In this document: positions 43,398 through 52,212 of the stretch, one piece after another | Numbering within the stretch: the stretch's first letter is position 1 | How the letters are laid out: each line of letters begins with the position of its first letter | Assembly: GCA_050012675.1 (NCBI GenBank) | Contig: JBEKGS010000001.1 | Coordinates: 733-64,732 of the forward strand | Direction: 5' to 3' | Source of the DNA: Acidimicrobiales bacterium | GTDB taxonomy: Bacteria > Actinomycetota > Acidimicrobiia > Acidimicrobiales > Bog-793 | DNA length: 64,000 nucleotides | Notes under the pieces: generated by a model | Told to the model about the DNA's origin: nothing | What the model saw: the letters and a program-made list of their open reading frames with translations, nothing else | Database searches by the model: none | Program-made: the position numbers and the translations under genes

Positions 43398-44957
43398 ATG
43401 GGGCTTCGGATCCGCCTCGTCGAGCCTCGTCCGGCCGGACACAACGTCTACGACCGCCTGTTGTTGCCTCGTCTCGGTCTCCCGCTCATGGGCAAGATGC
43501 TCACCGACGCGGGCCATTTCGTTCGCGCCTACTGCGAGACGCTCGGACCGATCGACTTGGATGATCTCCTTGCTGCCGACCTTGTCGGGATTTCCTCGAC
43601 GACAGCCACGGCGCCCGCCGCCTACCGCCTCGCCGACCTCCTCGCTTCGGGTGGGGTACAGGTCGTTCTCGGTGGACCGCACGTGAGCTTTCGTGCCGAG
43701 GAGGCACTCGGGCACGCCCGCTATGTCGTGCGAGGTGAGGGCCAGCAGACGATCTGTGAGCTCGTCACCTGTATCGAGGAGGGACGACCGCTCGAACAGG
43801 TGCGGGGGCTCTCATTCCGCAGCGACGCCGGCGAGCTCCACCACAACCCGGCCCGGCCACGTTGCACCCAGGAGGAGTTCGAAGGGCTGCCCATCCCCGA
43901 TCTGAACCTCATAGAGGGCAGTCGCCGGATGAAATTGAAGCCGCTCATGACCCAGTGGGGTTGCCCATTCGACTGCGAGTTCTGCTCGGTCGTGGCGATG
44001 TTCTCCCGCGCCGTGCGTCACCGGCGCACCGACCAGGTTCTCGCCGAGCTCGAGGGCCTTTGCGCCGAAAGGGTCTTCTTCTACGACGACAACTTCGTCG
44101 TCAACAAGGCGCGCACTGCAGAGCTTCTTCGTTCCATGACTGCCTCGGGCCTCACGCCTGTCTGGTCAGCTCAGGTCCGCGCCGATGCCGCAAGATGCTC
44201 GTTGTCGCGCCCGGACGTCGACCACGAGTTCCTCACCCTCATGCGCCAGGCCGGCTGCCAGATGGTGATGATCGGCATCGAGGCGATCACCGACGAGGGC
44301 CTCGCGCAGATCGGAAAGCACCAGAGCGTCAAGGTCGTCGAGCAGGCTGTCGGCGCCTTCCACGAACACGGCATAGCGGTTCACGGAATGTTCGTGGCCG
44401 GGCTCGACACCGATACGGCATCCAGTGCGCCGGCGACAGCCGATTTCGCCAGGCGACTCGACATCGACACCTTCCAGCTGATGGTCGAGACCCCGTCCCC
44501 AGGCACGAAGCTGTGGGACCGGATCACTTCCGAGGGCCGTCTGCTGAGTGACGACTGGTCCTTGTTCGACGGGCACCACGTCGTCACCGCCCCGGCGCAG
44601 ATGACCGCCCTCGAGCTCCAACTCGGCGTCCTCGAGGCCATGCGCCGCTTCTACTCCTGGCCGACCATCCTCGCCTCGGGGGTGGCGAGAGTCGTCAGTC
44701 ACCTTCCCGACCTCACCTCGGCGGCACGTCCGGCCTTTCTCCGCCGGCTCCCGACACTCGCGCGCTTGGCTTGGGCACGGCGCTGGGAGGACATCGCCCC
44801 GCTGCTCGAAGCCGGTCTGCCATCTCAGGTCCGGGCACGTGTCGGCTCGGCACTCTGGCTGCCGGCCGTCCGCTTCTACGCCCGCCGCCAGCTAACCGCC
44901 TGGGCGGAGCAGGACGCCTCACGCGCGCACCTCGCTTTCCTCGCCTCGCTTGCTTGA
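43398..44957 (+). CDS. B12-binding domain radical SAM protein with C-terminal DUF4070-like extension
   Basis: The ATG at 43398 gives the N-terminus MGLRIRLVEP. The product has a B12-binding-like N-domain, the CxxxCxxC motif GCPFDCEFC (43962-43985) and a helical tail of about 130 aa. Confidence 0.85.
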   Translation: MGLRIRLVEPRPAGHNVYDRLLLPRLGLPLMGKMLTDAGHFVRAYCETLGPIDLDDLLAADLVGISSTTATAPAAYRLADLLASGGVQVVLGGPHVSFRAEEALGHARYVVRGEGQQTICELVTCIEEGRPLEQVRGLSFRSDAGELHHNPARPRCTQEEFEGLPIPDLNLIEGSRRMKLKPLMTQWGCPFDCEFCSVVAMFSRAVRHRRTDQVLAELEGLCAERVFFYDDNFVVNKARTAELLRSMTASGLTPVWSAQVRADAARCSLSRPDVDHEFLTLMRQAGCQMVMIGIEAITDEGLAQIGKHQSVKVVEQAVGAFHEHGIAVHGMFVAGLDTDTASSAPATADFARRLDIDTFQLMVETPSPGTKLWDRITSEGRLLSDDWSLFDGHHVVTAPAQMTALELQLGVLEAMRRFYSWPTILASGVARVVSHLPDLTSAARPAFLRRLPTLARLAWARRWEDIAPLLEAGLPSQVRARVGSALWLPAVRFYARRQLTAWAEQDASRAHLAFLASLA

Positions 44958-45021
44958 GAATTAGGCCCAAGACCTGTCCGCCAGACTGGCAGGCGGCTGC
45001 CCGAGAACCTCTATTTGAACC

Positions 45022-45516
45022 TCAATCGCCAAGCGCGGCTTGGTAGCTCCGCAATACCTCGAGGTCAATGGCCACGAGCAGTATCTGTTGCACCGTGGTC
45101 TCGAGGGAACGCAGCGTATCCACGGCTATCCGGGCGGCTTTTTCCACCGGGAAGCCGAACGCTCCGGTGGAGATGGCCGGGAACGCGATCGAGGTGATTC
45201 CCAGTTGCTCTCCAACCTCGATTGCCCGCCTATAGCAGGACGCCAGCACAGCGGCCTCCCCGTGCCCGCCTCCCTGCCAGACCGGCCCGACAGTGTGAAT
45301 GATGAAGCTGGCAGGAAGGTGGAACCCCAGCGTTGCCTTGGCGTCGCCCGGGTCGCAACCGCCGAGTACCGCACAGGCCGCGGAGAGCACGGCCGCCCCT
45401 GCGGCGCGATGGATGGCGCCGTCGACGCCTCCGCCGGCCACGAGCGCGCGGTTCGCGGCGTTGACGACTGCGTCGACCTGGAGGGTGGTGATGTCAGCCT
45501 GCACCGCTCGGATCAT
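45022..45516 (-). CDS. macro domain protein (O-acetyl-ADP-ribose deacetylase / ADP-ribose hydrolase type)
   Basis: The ATG is at 45516. Motifs include DITTLQVDAVVNAAN, GGGVDGAIHRAAG and IAFPAISTGAFGFP. Confidence 0.85.
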   Translation of the reverse strand: MIRAVQADITTLQVDAVVNAANRALVAGGGVDGAIHRAAGAAVLSAACAVLGGCDPGDAKATLGFHLPASFIIHTVGPVWQGGGHGEAAVLASCYRRAIEVGEQLGITSIAFPAISTGAFGFPVEKAARIAVDTLRSLETTVQQILLVAIDLEVLRSYQAALGD

Positions 45517-45803
45517 CGGTGGTGTCACGGCTCCCCCCAAAGCTTTGACCCCGACATCTGAAGGACACACGATGTCGGAGTGTTCTTGTCGACTGTGGAC
45601 GATAGTTCACATCGAGGGCGAGATACACCCTTCTCTCGAGCGATCGGCGATCGGGACCCGGGCGATCCGTTCGGACCGACGACCGCCAGAGGCCATCTCG
45701 GGACAAGGCGCCGATTTGCCTTGTCGAAAGCGGGACTTCGACTCCCTATCCTAAGGGGGCAGCCTCACGGCGGGCTCGACAGATGTGACCTTGAGGAGGG
45801 TCC

Positions 45804-47243
45804 ATGACCATCGACAGTCACGTGACCCATCTGCAGCTGGACCGGGCTGCCGGCGTTCTGCTGGGCTCCGCGGCCGGGGACGCTCTCGGAGCAGGATACG
45901 AATTCATTTCGGTCGGCCCGGCCGACCCCGCCATGGTCGGCGGCGGCTATCTGGACTGGGAGCCTGGCGAGTGGACCGACGACACCCAGATGGCCATCTG
46001 CATCGCCGAAGAGGCTGCCACGGGATTCCTTGACGCCTCGGCCGTCGCCTGCCGTTTCCTGGACTGGTTCAACCACGGGCCCCGTGACGTAGGCAACCAG
46101 ACCGCGGCGGTGCTGTCGGCGAGCCCTTCGCCCGGGGATCTGCCTGCGCGGGCAGCCGAGTACCTCTCGTCTCATCCGGACAAGGCCGCGGGCAACGGCA
46201 GCCTCATGCGCACCGGGCCGGTCGCACTCGCGGCGATCGGAGACGATGTGAAGCTCGCAAGACTCGCCAGGAGCGTGTCCGAGCTCACCCACGCCGATCC
46301 TTTGACCGGCGACGCCTGCGTCCTTTGGTGCGTGGGCATCGACCGGGCGGTCCGTCAAGGTCGCCTGGACGGAGTGCGGGACGGCCTGGCCCTACTGCCC
46401 GAGGTCAGGCGACAATTCTGGGCCGACACGATCGAGGAGGCGACCGAGAAGCGGCCCTCGTCGTTCAATCCCAACGGCTATGTCGTCAGCGCGTTCCAAG
46501 CGGCATTGGCGTCGGTCCTGCAGACTCCGGTCCCGGCCACCCAACCATGCCGGCACCTCCAAGAGGCCCTGAGGACCGCGGTCGGTGTCGGGTACGACAC
46601 CGACACCGTCGCCGCCATCGCCGGCTCGCTGCTCGGTGCGCGTTGGGGCGCGACCGCCGTCCCGGCGCGCTGGCAGGCCGTGCTGCACGGTTGGCCTTCC
46701 TACCGGTCTGGGGATCTCGTGAGGCTTGCAGTCCTCGCCGTGTCCGAAGGAAGGGACAATCCGACCACGCGGTGGCCGTCGGCGGACGACCTCAGCGGCT
46801 ATTACGACGCCAGGTTCCCCGCCGAGGCGATCCACGAGACGCTGGAAGACGACGACGGCGTCATCGTCGCGAACTGGAGCGGCGCCGCCGAGGTCGAAGC
46901 GGATGTCGCCGTGTCGCTCTGCCGCGTCGGCCGGGGACAGATCCACGCGCCCGAGAGCGTCGAGGTCCGCCTTCTGGACGAGGATGCGCCTGAGGCCAAT
47001 CCGAACCTCGAGTTCCTGTTCACGGACCTCGTGGAAGCGATCACTGCCTGGAGGGACGAGGGCAAGAAGGTTCTCGTCCACTGCGTGCAGGCCGAGCGGC
47101 GCACACCGGCGGTTGCCGCCGCCTACCTGGCGAACCGTCTCGGTATCCCGGGCGAAGAGGCCTTTGAGCGCGTCCGCAAGGTCCTGCTCGGCGCCCGCGT
47201 GAACCCGGCGTTCCGTTCGGCCCTGGAGCGGCTCTGGCCGTAG
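45804..47243 (+). CDS. ADP-ribosylglycohydrolase fused to a C-terminal HCX5R (dual-specificity/tyrosine phosphatase-like) domain
   Basis: The ARH blocks are GSAAGDALGAGYEF, WTDDTQM and GYDTDTVAAIAGSLLGA. The C-terminal roughly 150 aa carry VLVHCVQAERRT (47079-47102). Confidence 0.85.
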   Translation: MTIDSHVTHLQLDRAAGVLLGSAAGDALGAGYEFISVGPADPAMVGGGYLDWEPGEWTDDTQMAICIAEEAATGFLDASAVACRFLDWFNHGPRDVGNQTAAVLSASPSPGDLPARAAEYLSSHPDKAAGNGSLMRTGPVALAAIGDDVKLARLARSVSELTHADPLTGDACVLWCVGIDRAVRQGRLDGVRDGLALLPEVRRQFWADTIEEATEKRPSSFNPNGYVVSAFQAALASVLQTPVPATQPCRHLQEALRTAVGVGYDTDTVAAIAGSLLGARWGATAVPARWQAVLHGWPSYRSGDLVRLAVLAVSEGRDNPTTRWPSADDLSGYYDARFPAEAIHETLEDDDGVIVANWSGAAEVEADVAVSLCRVGRGQIHAPESVEVRLLDEDAPEANPNLEFLFTDLVEAITAWRDEGKKVLVHCVQAERRTPAVAAAYLANRLGIPGEEAFERVRKVLLGARVNPAFRSALERLWP

Positions 47244-47292
47244 CGGCCGAGAACAGCCCGCCAGGTCGATCCAGTGGTCTGAGTATTAGCCT

Positions 47293-48090
47293 TTGGTGGT
47301 GCGCGTCGGCGACATCGAGCTGGTCCCGCTCAATGACGGCGTTTGCAAGATGTCCCAGGAGTTCTACGTAGGGCTGGACTTCGCAGTCCACGAGGAACTG
47401 CTCGCCGACGACGGCCGCGTGCACATACCGATCGGTTGCTTCCTGCTGCGGGGTGGTGCCAAGACTGTCCTCGTCGATGCTGGCCTCGGAGACGTCGACC
47501 TTGGCTGGGCGCAGGGCGGGGACCTGCCCCGGGCGCTCCGGGCAGCAGGTGTCTCGCCGGAGGCGGTCGACGTCGTTGTGTGCAGCCATCTCCACATCGA
47601 TCACATCGGCTGGCTTGCCGTGGACGATGTCCCGTACTTCCCCAACGCCGTCGTGCGTTACGGTGCAGCCGACTGGCAGCGGTTCGTCGCCGATGCGGAT
47701 GCCGCCGACCGCAGCCGCCGGATCATGGAGGTCCTGGGCGATGCGGGGCGGCTCGATCCTCTCGAGGGGGACATGCTGCCCATCGCGCCCGGCCTGACGG
47801 CGCGCCACACGCCCGGGCATACGCTCGGCCACTACGGCCTCGTCGTCTCCTCGGGCGAGGATCGCGCCGTAGTGCTCGGCGATGCCGTCGAGTGCCCGCT
47901 GCAGCTTGAGGAGCCGGACTTTCACACCTTGTCGGACGTGGACCCGGCCCTCGGGGCGCGGACGCGCGACGCCTTGTGGCGCGAGCTCGAAGGCACGAAC
48001 GTCTCGGTGATCGGCGCTCACTTCCCGGGACTCCAGTTCGGTCGTGTGCTTGCGGGTAGGGGGAGGCGCTTCTTCTCGCCTCTGGCGTGA
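47293..48090 (+). CDS. MBL-fold metallo-hydrolase
   Basis: The HxHxDH motif reads SHLHIDHIG and TPGHTLGH is present. The start is TTG at 47293, or GTG at 47296 or 47299. Confidence 0.85.
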   Translation: MVVRVGDIELVPLNDGVCKMSQEFYVGLDFAVHEELLADDGRVHIPIGCFLLRGGAKTVLVDAGLGDVDLGWAQGGDLPRALRAAGVSPEAVDVVVCSHLHIDHIGWLAVDDVPYFPNAVVRYGAADWQRFVADADAADRSRRIMEVLGDAGRLDPLEGDMLPIAPGLTARHTPGHTLGHYGLVVSSGEDRAVVLGDAVECPLQLEEPDFHTLSDVDPALGARTRDALWRELEGTNVSVIGAHFPGLQFGRVLAGRGRRFFSPLA

Positions 48091-48556
48091 GCTCGCTGGC
48101 TGGGGCGGAGTCCGTCCGTCCTTCCGGCCCCCTGGGCTTGGGTGCTGTCTTCTTCGGGGCGGACAAGTCGGTGCCGGCGGCCGCCGGCGACGTCCATCTT
48201 CTGTCCGCGCGACGTCGTACTCGAAGGCGTCGAGGAGTTGGAACAGCTCGTCGTTGTCCGCTCACGGCCCCGCTGGCGGCCTACGCGGGCAGCGACCAGT
48301 ACGCCATGGACCCGCGACCGTTGAGCGCGGCGCGAGCCGCCGTGGGCGTGACGCGGTAGTGGTCAGCGGCGGTCACGGTGCTCACGACCGGCGGGGCCGG
48401 TAGCCCTGCCATGATCCTGCGGGCGACACAGTCGGCGCGGGGATTGCCTGCCGGCTGGATCAGCTCAGCGAGCATGGCTTTGTCTCGAAACCGAAGCCGC
48501 GACGCTTAAGACTCACTCCCGTTTTCTTCTGGTGGCACGCTCTCGTTTCACCGTTG

Positions 48557-49075
48557 CTAGCAAAGCGGAGGCTTTGAATCTGTCCGTGGCCAAGGGCCGC
48601 CTGCCGGAGCAGCGACCGTGAGGGGCAGGTGGTGAACCGGGAAGTTGACGGAGCGAGCGATGAAGCACAGTTTCTCGGCGTCGTCGTGCAGGGCTGTGGC
48701 GCGCTCGCGCATGGCAGCCTCGGCGACGGTGACCTCCGGGCGGAGCGTCACCTCCACGAACTCGCCGCTGCCGTCAGGGTTCTCGGTCATGGTGCCCGTC
48801 GGAGTGTCGCGGTAGGCGGTCACGATGACGCCTGCGCTGGCGGCAAGATGCAGGTACGAGAGCATGTGGCACTGAGACAGGGCTGCAACGAGCAATTCCT
48901 CGGGGTTCCAGCGCTGGGGATCGCCACGGAAGGCGGGGTCGGAGGACCCGTCGATCATCGGCTTGCCGGGCGCGCTGAGCTCGTGGTCGCGGCCGTACGA
49001 CCGGTAGCTGCTGGTGCCAGAACCCGTGTTGCCGGTCCACCGCAGCGAGACCTCGTAGGAGTGAGTCCTGCTCAT
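48557..49075 (-). CDS. OsmC/Ohr family peroxiredoxin-like protein
   Basis: Blocks NPEELLVAALSQCHMLSYL and KLCFIARSV carry the two conserved Cys residues. Confidence 0.85.
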   Translation of the reverse strand: MSRTHSYEVSLRWTGNTGSGTSSYRSYGRDHELSAPGKPMIDGSSDPAFRGDPQRWNPEELLVAALSQCHMLSYLHLAASAGVIVTAYRDTPTGTMTENPDGSGEFVEVTLRPEVTVAEAAMRERATALHDDAEKLCFIARSVNFPVHHLPLTVAAPAGGPWPRTDSKPPLC

Positions 49076-49138
49076 GGCAACAAAGCGTAGGGACTATGCC
49101 ATTCGCAGCCTGCCTTTGCCCCGACGGTCGCGACGGGG

Positions 49139-49897
49139 CTAAGGGGAAAGCCGGGACCGGATCTGCTCGACTGCTGCGCGCCTTGAGGTCTCGTCGGCTT
49201 GCAGCTGCTCGACGACGGCCCGTAAGGCCGCCACCTCGGCCCGAAGCACCGTGACCTCGTCCACCAGGGCCCGCAGTTCGCTCTTTGTGGGCTCCGGGGG
49301 TTCATCCTCAGCAGCCGGTCCTTGCCCGTCCACCGTCCTGGTCCGAAGCTCCGGGGCAGCGACGGCGTACTCCTCGCCACTTTCGCCGCCGCGACTGTCT
49401 GTCGGTGCTTGCGGGGTGAGCAGCTGTATCCAGCGTTCTTCCTTCTGCCCCGGGCGACGCGCCAGTCGCCGCACGAGCGGCTCGGGACGACCGGCCATGC
49501 GTTCCAGTTCCGCGTTCGCGGCTATGCCCCCGAGTCGTGCCATTCGCTCTGTCCGCGCCCGCAGCTCGGCGGCCGTCTGGGGCCCGCGCAGCAGCAGGAC
49601 GGCCATGATGCCCAGCGCTTCCTGGTCGATTCCCAGGTACTCGTCGAGCACCTGGCGATACCGGGTCGCCGACCCGCCGCGGGAGGGATAGATGAAGCGA
49701 ACGAGCCCGAGGTCCTTCAGCGACGAGAGTGCCCGCTGGGCCGTGCCGTCGTCGTAACGGACCACCGGGTCGCGGTTGGAGGTCTGGTTGCAGGCCGCCA
49801 CCACCGCGTTGAGGCTGAGCGGGTACTGCTGCGGCGTCGTGAGCTGCTTTTCGATGAGGCAGCCGATCACGCGTCCCTGCTCGAGGCTCAGGCGCAT
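49139..49897 (-). CDS. YceH/DUF480 family protein
   Basis: Blocks RVIGCLIEKQLTTPQQYPLSLNAVVAACNQTSNRDPV and LLLRGPQTAAELR are followed by a C-terminal coiled coil. Confidence 0.85.
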   Translation of the reverse strand: MRLSLEQGRVIGCLIEKQLTTPQQYPLSLNAVVAACNQTSNRDPVVRYDDGTAQRALSSLKDLGLVRFIYPSRGGSATRYRQVLDEYLGIDQEALGIMAVLLLRGPQTAAELRARTERMARLGGIAANAELERMAGRPEPLVRRLARRPGQKEERWIQLLTPQAPTDSRGGESGEEYAVAAPELRTRTVDGQGPAAEDEPPEPTKSELRALVDEVTVLRAEVAALRAVVEQLQADETSRRAAVEQIRSRLSP

Positions 49898-49946
49898 GAG
49901 CGGCAGTCTAGGTCCCTCGGATTGGCCGACTCGGGGTCGAAGTGTC

Positions 49947-50861
49947 TCAACCTCGCAGAGCGCTGAGCGTCACGACACCCGCGACCACCGTGGCGACGCC
50001 GAAAACTTGGTGCCGCCGGAGCCGCTCTCCGAAGAGGAAGAACGCCGCCACAGTTGTGATGGCGGCACTCTGGGATGCGAGCACGGCCGCGACCGCGAGC
50101 GCGTGACGCGCCCCGAAGGTGTAACTCACGAGCCCAACGACCTCAGCGACCCCGGCGCTCAACACGAGCGGGAAAGTCCGCCGGCTGATCCGTAGCTTGC
50201 GACGCACCAGCAGGGGGGAGGTTATGAGAAGCGTGCCGAACAGCCGGGCGGGCACCAAGGCCCAGATGATCGGTGCCTGCGTCCCGGCCCGCCCGGTGGC
50301 ATAGAGCGTGATGCCGAAGAACAGGGCCACAGGTATAACGAGGAGCGCCGAACGAGTGCGAGATCCGTCCAGGCGTTTCATCACCCGTACCGGGCTCGAT
50401 CGGGGGCCCTGTTGCACCTGCGATGCGGCCGAGGCGTCCCCGGGCGGGTCGAGGTGAAGGGCGGCAAGCACGACACCGACGGTGATCACGACCAACAGAA
50501 CGACGGTGGCCCGAGCGAGCGGCGCCCCGAACACCGACGACAGTACAGCTGCCACCAGCCCCTCGGTCGAGGCGACAGCGGCCACGATGCCGACGGCCAC
50601 CCGGCGGAATGCCACGTACTCGATGTGAAGGCCGATTACATTGCTGAGCCCGGCAACGCAAAGCAGGGCCACCGTGTCTCCAGAGAGGCGGCTCGGGTGC
50701 CCCATCAGCGCGATCGGGACGACCAGCACACCGAGGCCGAGTGCCATCACCCATGCGAGCGTGGAAGCGGCGCCGGTCTCCCGGCTCGAGCTCGAGGCGC
50801 ATAGTGCTGCGATGGCGAAGCAGAGCGCCCCGCCGAGTCCGCCGCCCACCGCGATCAGCAC
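49947..50861 (-). CDS. DMT/EamA-like family transporter
   Basis: The GTG at 50861 lies 7 nt after AGAGGAGGAG. The product has ten hydrophobic segments. The longer track ORF N-terminus is Arg/Gly-rich and non-membrane. Confidence 0.75.
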   Translation of the reverse strand: MLIAVGGGLGGALCFAIAALCASSSSRETGAASTLAWVMALGLGVLVVPIALMGHPSRLSGDTVALLCVAGLSNVIGLHIEYVAFRRVAVGIVAAVASTEGLVAAVLSSVFGAPLARATVVLLVVITVGVVLAALHLDPPGDASAASQVQQGPRSSPVRVMKRLDGSRTRSALLVIPVALFFGITLYATGRAGTQAPIIWALVPARLFGTLLITSPLLVRRKLRISRRTFPLVLSAGVAEVVGLVSYTFGARHALAVAAVLASQSAAITTVAAFFLFGERLRRHQVFGVATVVAGVVTLSALRG

Positions 50862-51213
50862 GACGCGACTCCTCCTCTGAAGGCCGTAAGCGGGTGCGCG
50901 GGCGAATCGTACCGGTCGTGTGCCGGTTCCCAGAAATCCGTGCAGATGACCGGCTCGCGCGGGTCGTGCCACACCGGAACCGAGACCTGGCCCGTGACCG
51001 ACGTGCATCGAGCGACCGCCAGCGGGACTTTCGGGGTCCGCAGTCGAGATGGACGCCATGGTCGCGCTCTAGGGTTGGGTTCCGAAAGCCCGGGCGGCTC
51101 GGCGGCTCGTTTTGTTTCTCCTGCGACTGCCGGAACTAGACAAGTGGGGCGGTGGGCAAACTCGAGACGGAGGTTTCTGGCATGCGAAAGACTGAGAGTG
51201 AGACGCCACGTGA

Positions 51214-52212
51214 TTGGGCTCGACCGTGAGCACCGACTTCGCCGGTGACGTGCGCTGGGGCATTCTCGGCGCAGCCAACATCGCCCGAGCCCAATTCCTT
51301 CCGGGCCTACGCGAAGCCGGAGGCGGTCGCGCCGTCCTGGTCGCCAGCCGTGAGGGCAGTCGAGCAGAGGCCTTTGCCCGTAATCACGGTGTCGAACGTG
51401 GTGTGGAAGGCTACGACGCCGTCGTCGAGTCGCCAGATGTGGACGCGGTGTACGTCGCCCTGCCCAACTCGCACCATGCCCGTTGGACTCAACGCGCCCT
51501 TGAGGCCGGCAAGGCGGTCCTCTGCGAGAAGCCGCTCTGTGTCGGTTCCATACAGACTGCAGCCGTCGTCGAGACGGCGGGCTCCACGGGCTCTTTGTTG
51601 TGGGAGTCGTTCGTCTTTCCGTTCCAAGCCCAGCACAAACGACTTCTCGATCTCCTGGCCGCCGGGGCCATAGGTGAGGTCCGCGAGCTCGTCAGCGTGT
51701 TCTACTTCCACCTGTCGCGATCGGAGGACATCCGCCTTTCCGAGGAGCTGGGAGGTGGCGCTCTCGCCGATGTCGGTTGCTACCCGATTGCTCTCGCGCA
51801 GCAGGTCCTCTCCACACGAGACCTGTCGGCAGACGATGTCGTGGGATTCTCGACCGGCAACGGCGTCGTCGAGACCGAGGCCGTGGCAATCGTCCACTAC
51901 GGGCGCCAGCGGCTCGTGCTCGGCTGCGGGTTCGAGCGGGCCTACGACACCTTCACCCGCGTGCTCGGCACAGACGGGCAGATCCACCTGACCAACCCCT
52001 TCCATCCCGGGCCGGGCGACTCCCTTGTCCTGTTGCGCGGTGGGGAGGTGACCGTTGAGCACCCCACGGTGGACGCCCGCTCGTTCACGGCCGCTCTGCG
52101 TCACATCCACTCCGTCGTCCGCGGGGAGCAGGCGCCCGCCCACCTGGCTTCGGAGTCGTCGGTGAACACCGCCCGGACTCTCGAAGTCGTCGCCCAGGCG
52201 TGCTCGGCATGA
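51214..52212 (+). CDS. Gfo/Idh/MocA family oxidoreductase
   Basis: Blocks VRWGILGAANIA and VLCEKPL are present. The start is TTG at 51214 or GTG at 51226. Confidence 0.85.
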   Translation: MGSTVSTDFAGDVRWGILGAANIARAQFLPGLREAGGGRAVLVASREGSRAEAFARNHGVERGVEGYDAVVESPDVDAVYVALPNSHHARWTQRALEAGKAVLCEKPLCVGSIQTAAVVETAGSTGSLLWESFVFPFQAQHKRLLDLLAAGAIGEVRELVSVFYFHLSRSEDIRLSEELGGGALADVGCYPIALAQQVLSTRDLSADDVVGFSTGNGVVETEAVAIVHYGRQRLVLGCGFERAYDTFTRVLGTDGQIHLTNPFHPGPGDSLVLLRGGEVTVEHPTVDARSFTAALRHIHSVVRGEQAPAHLASESSVNTARTLEVVAQACSA

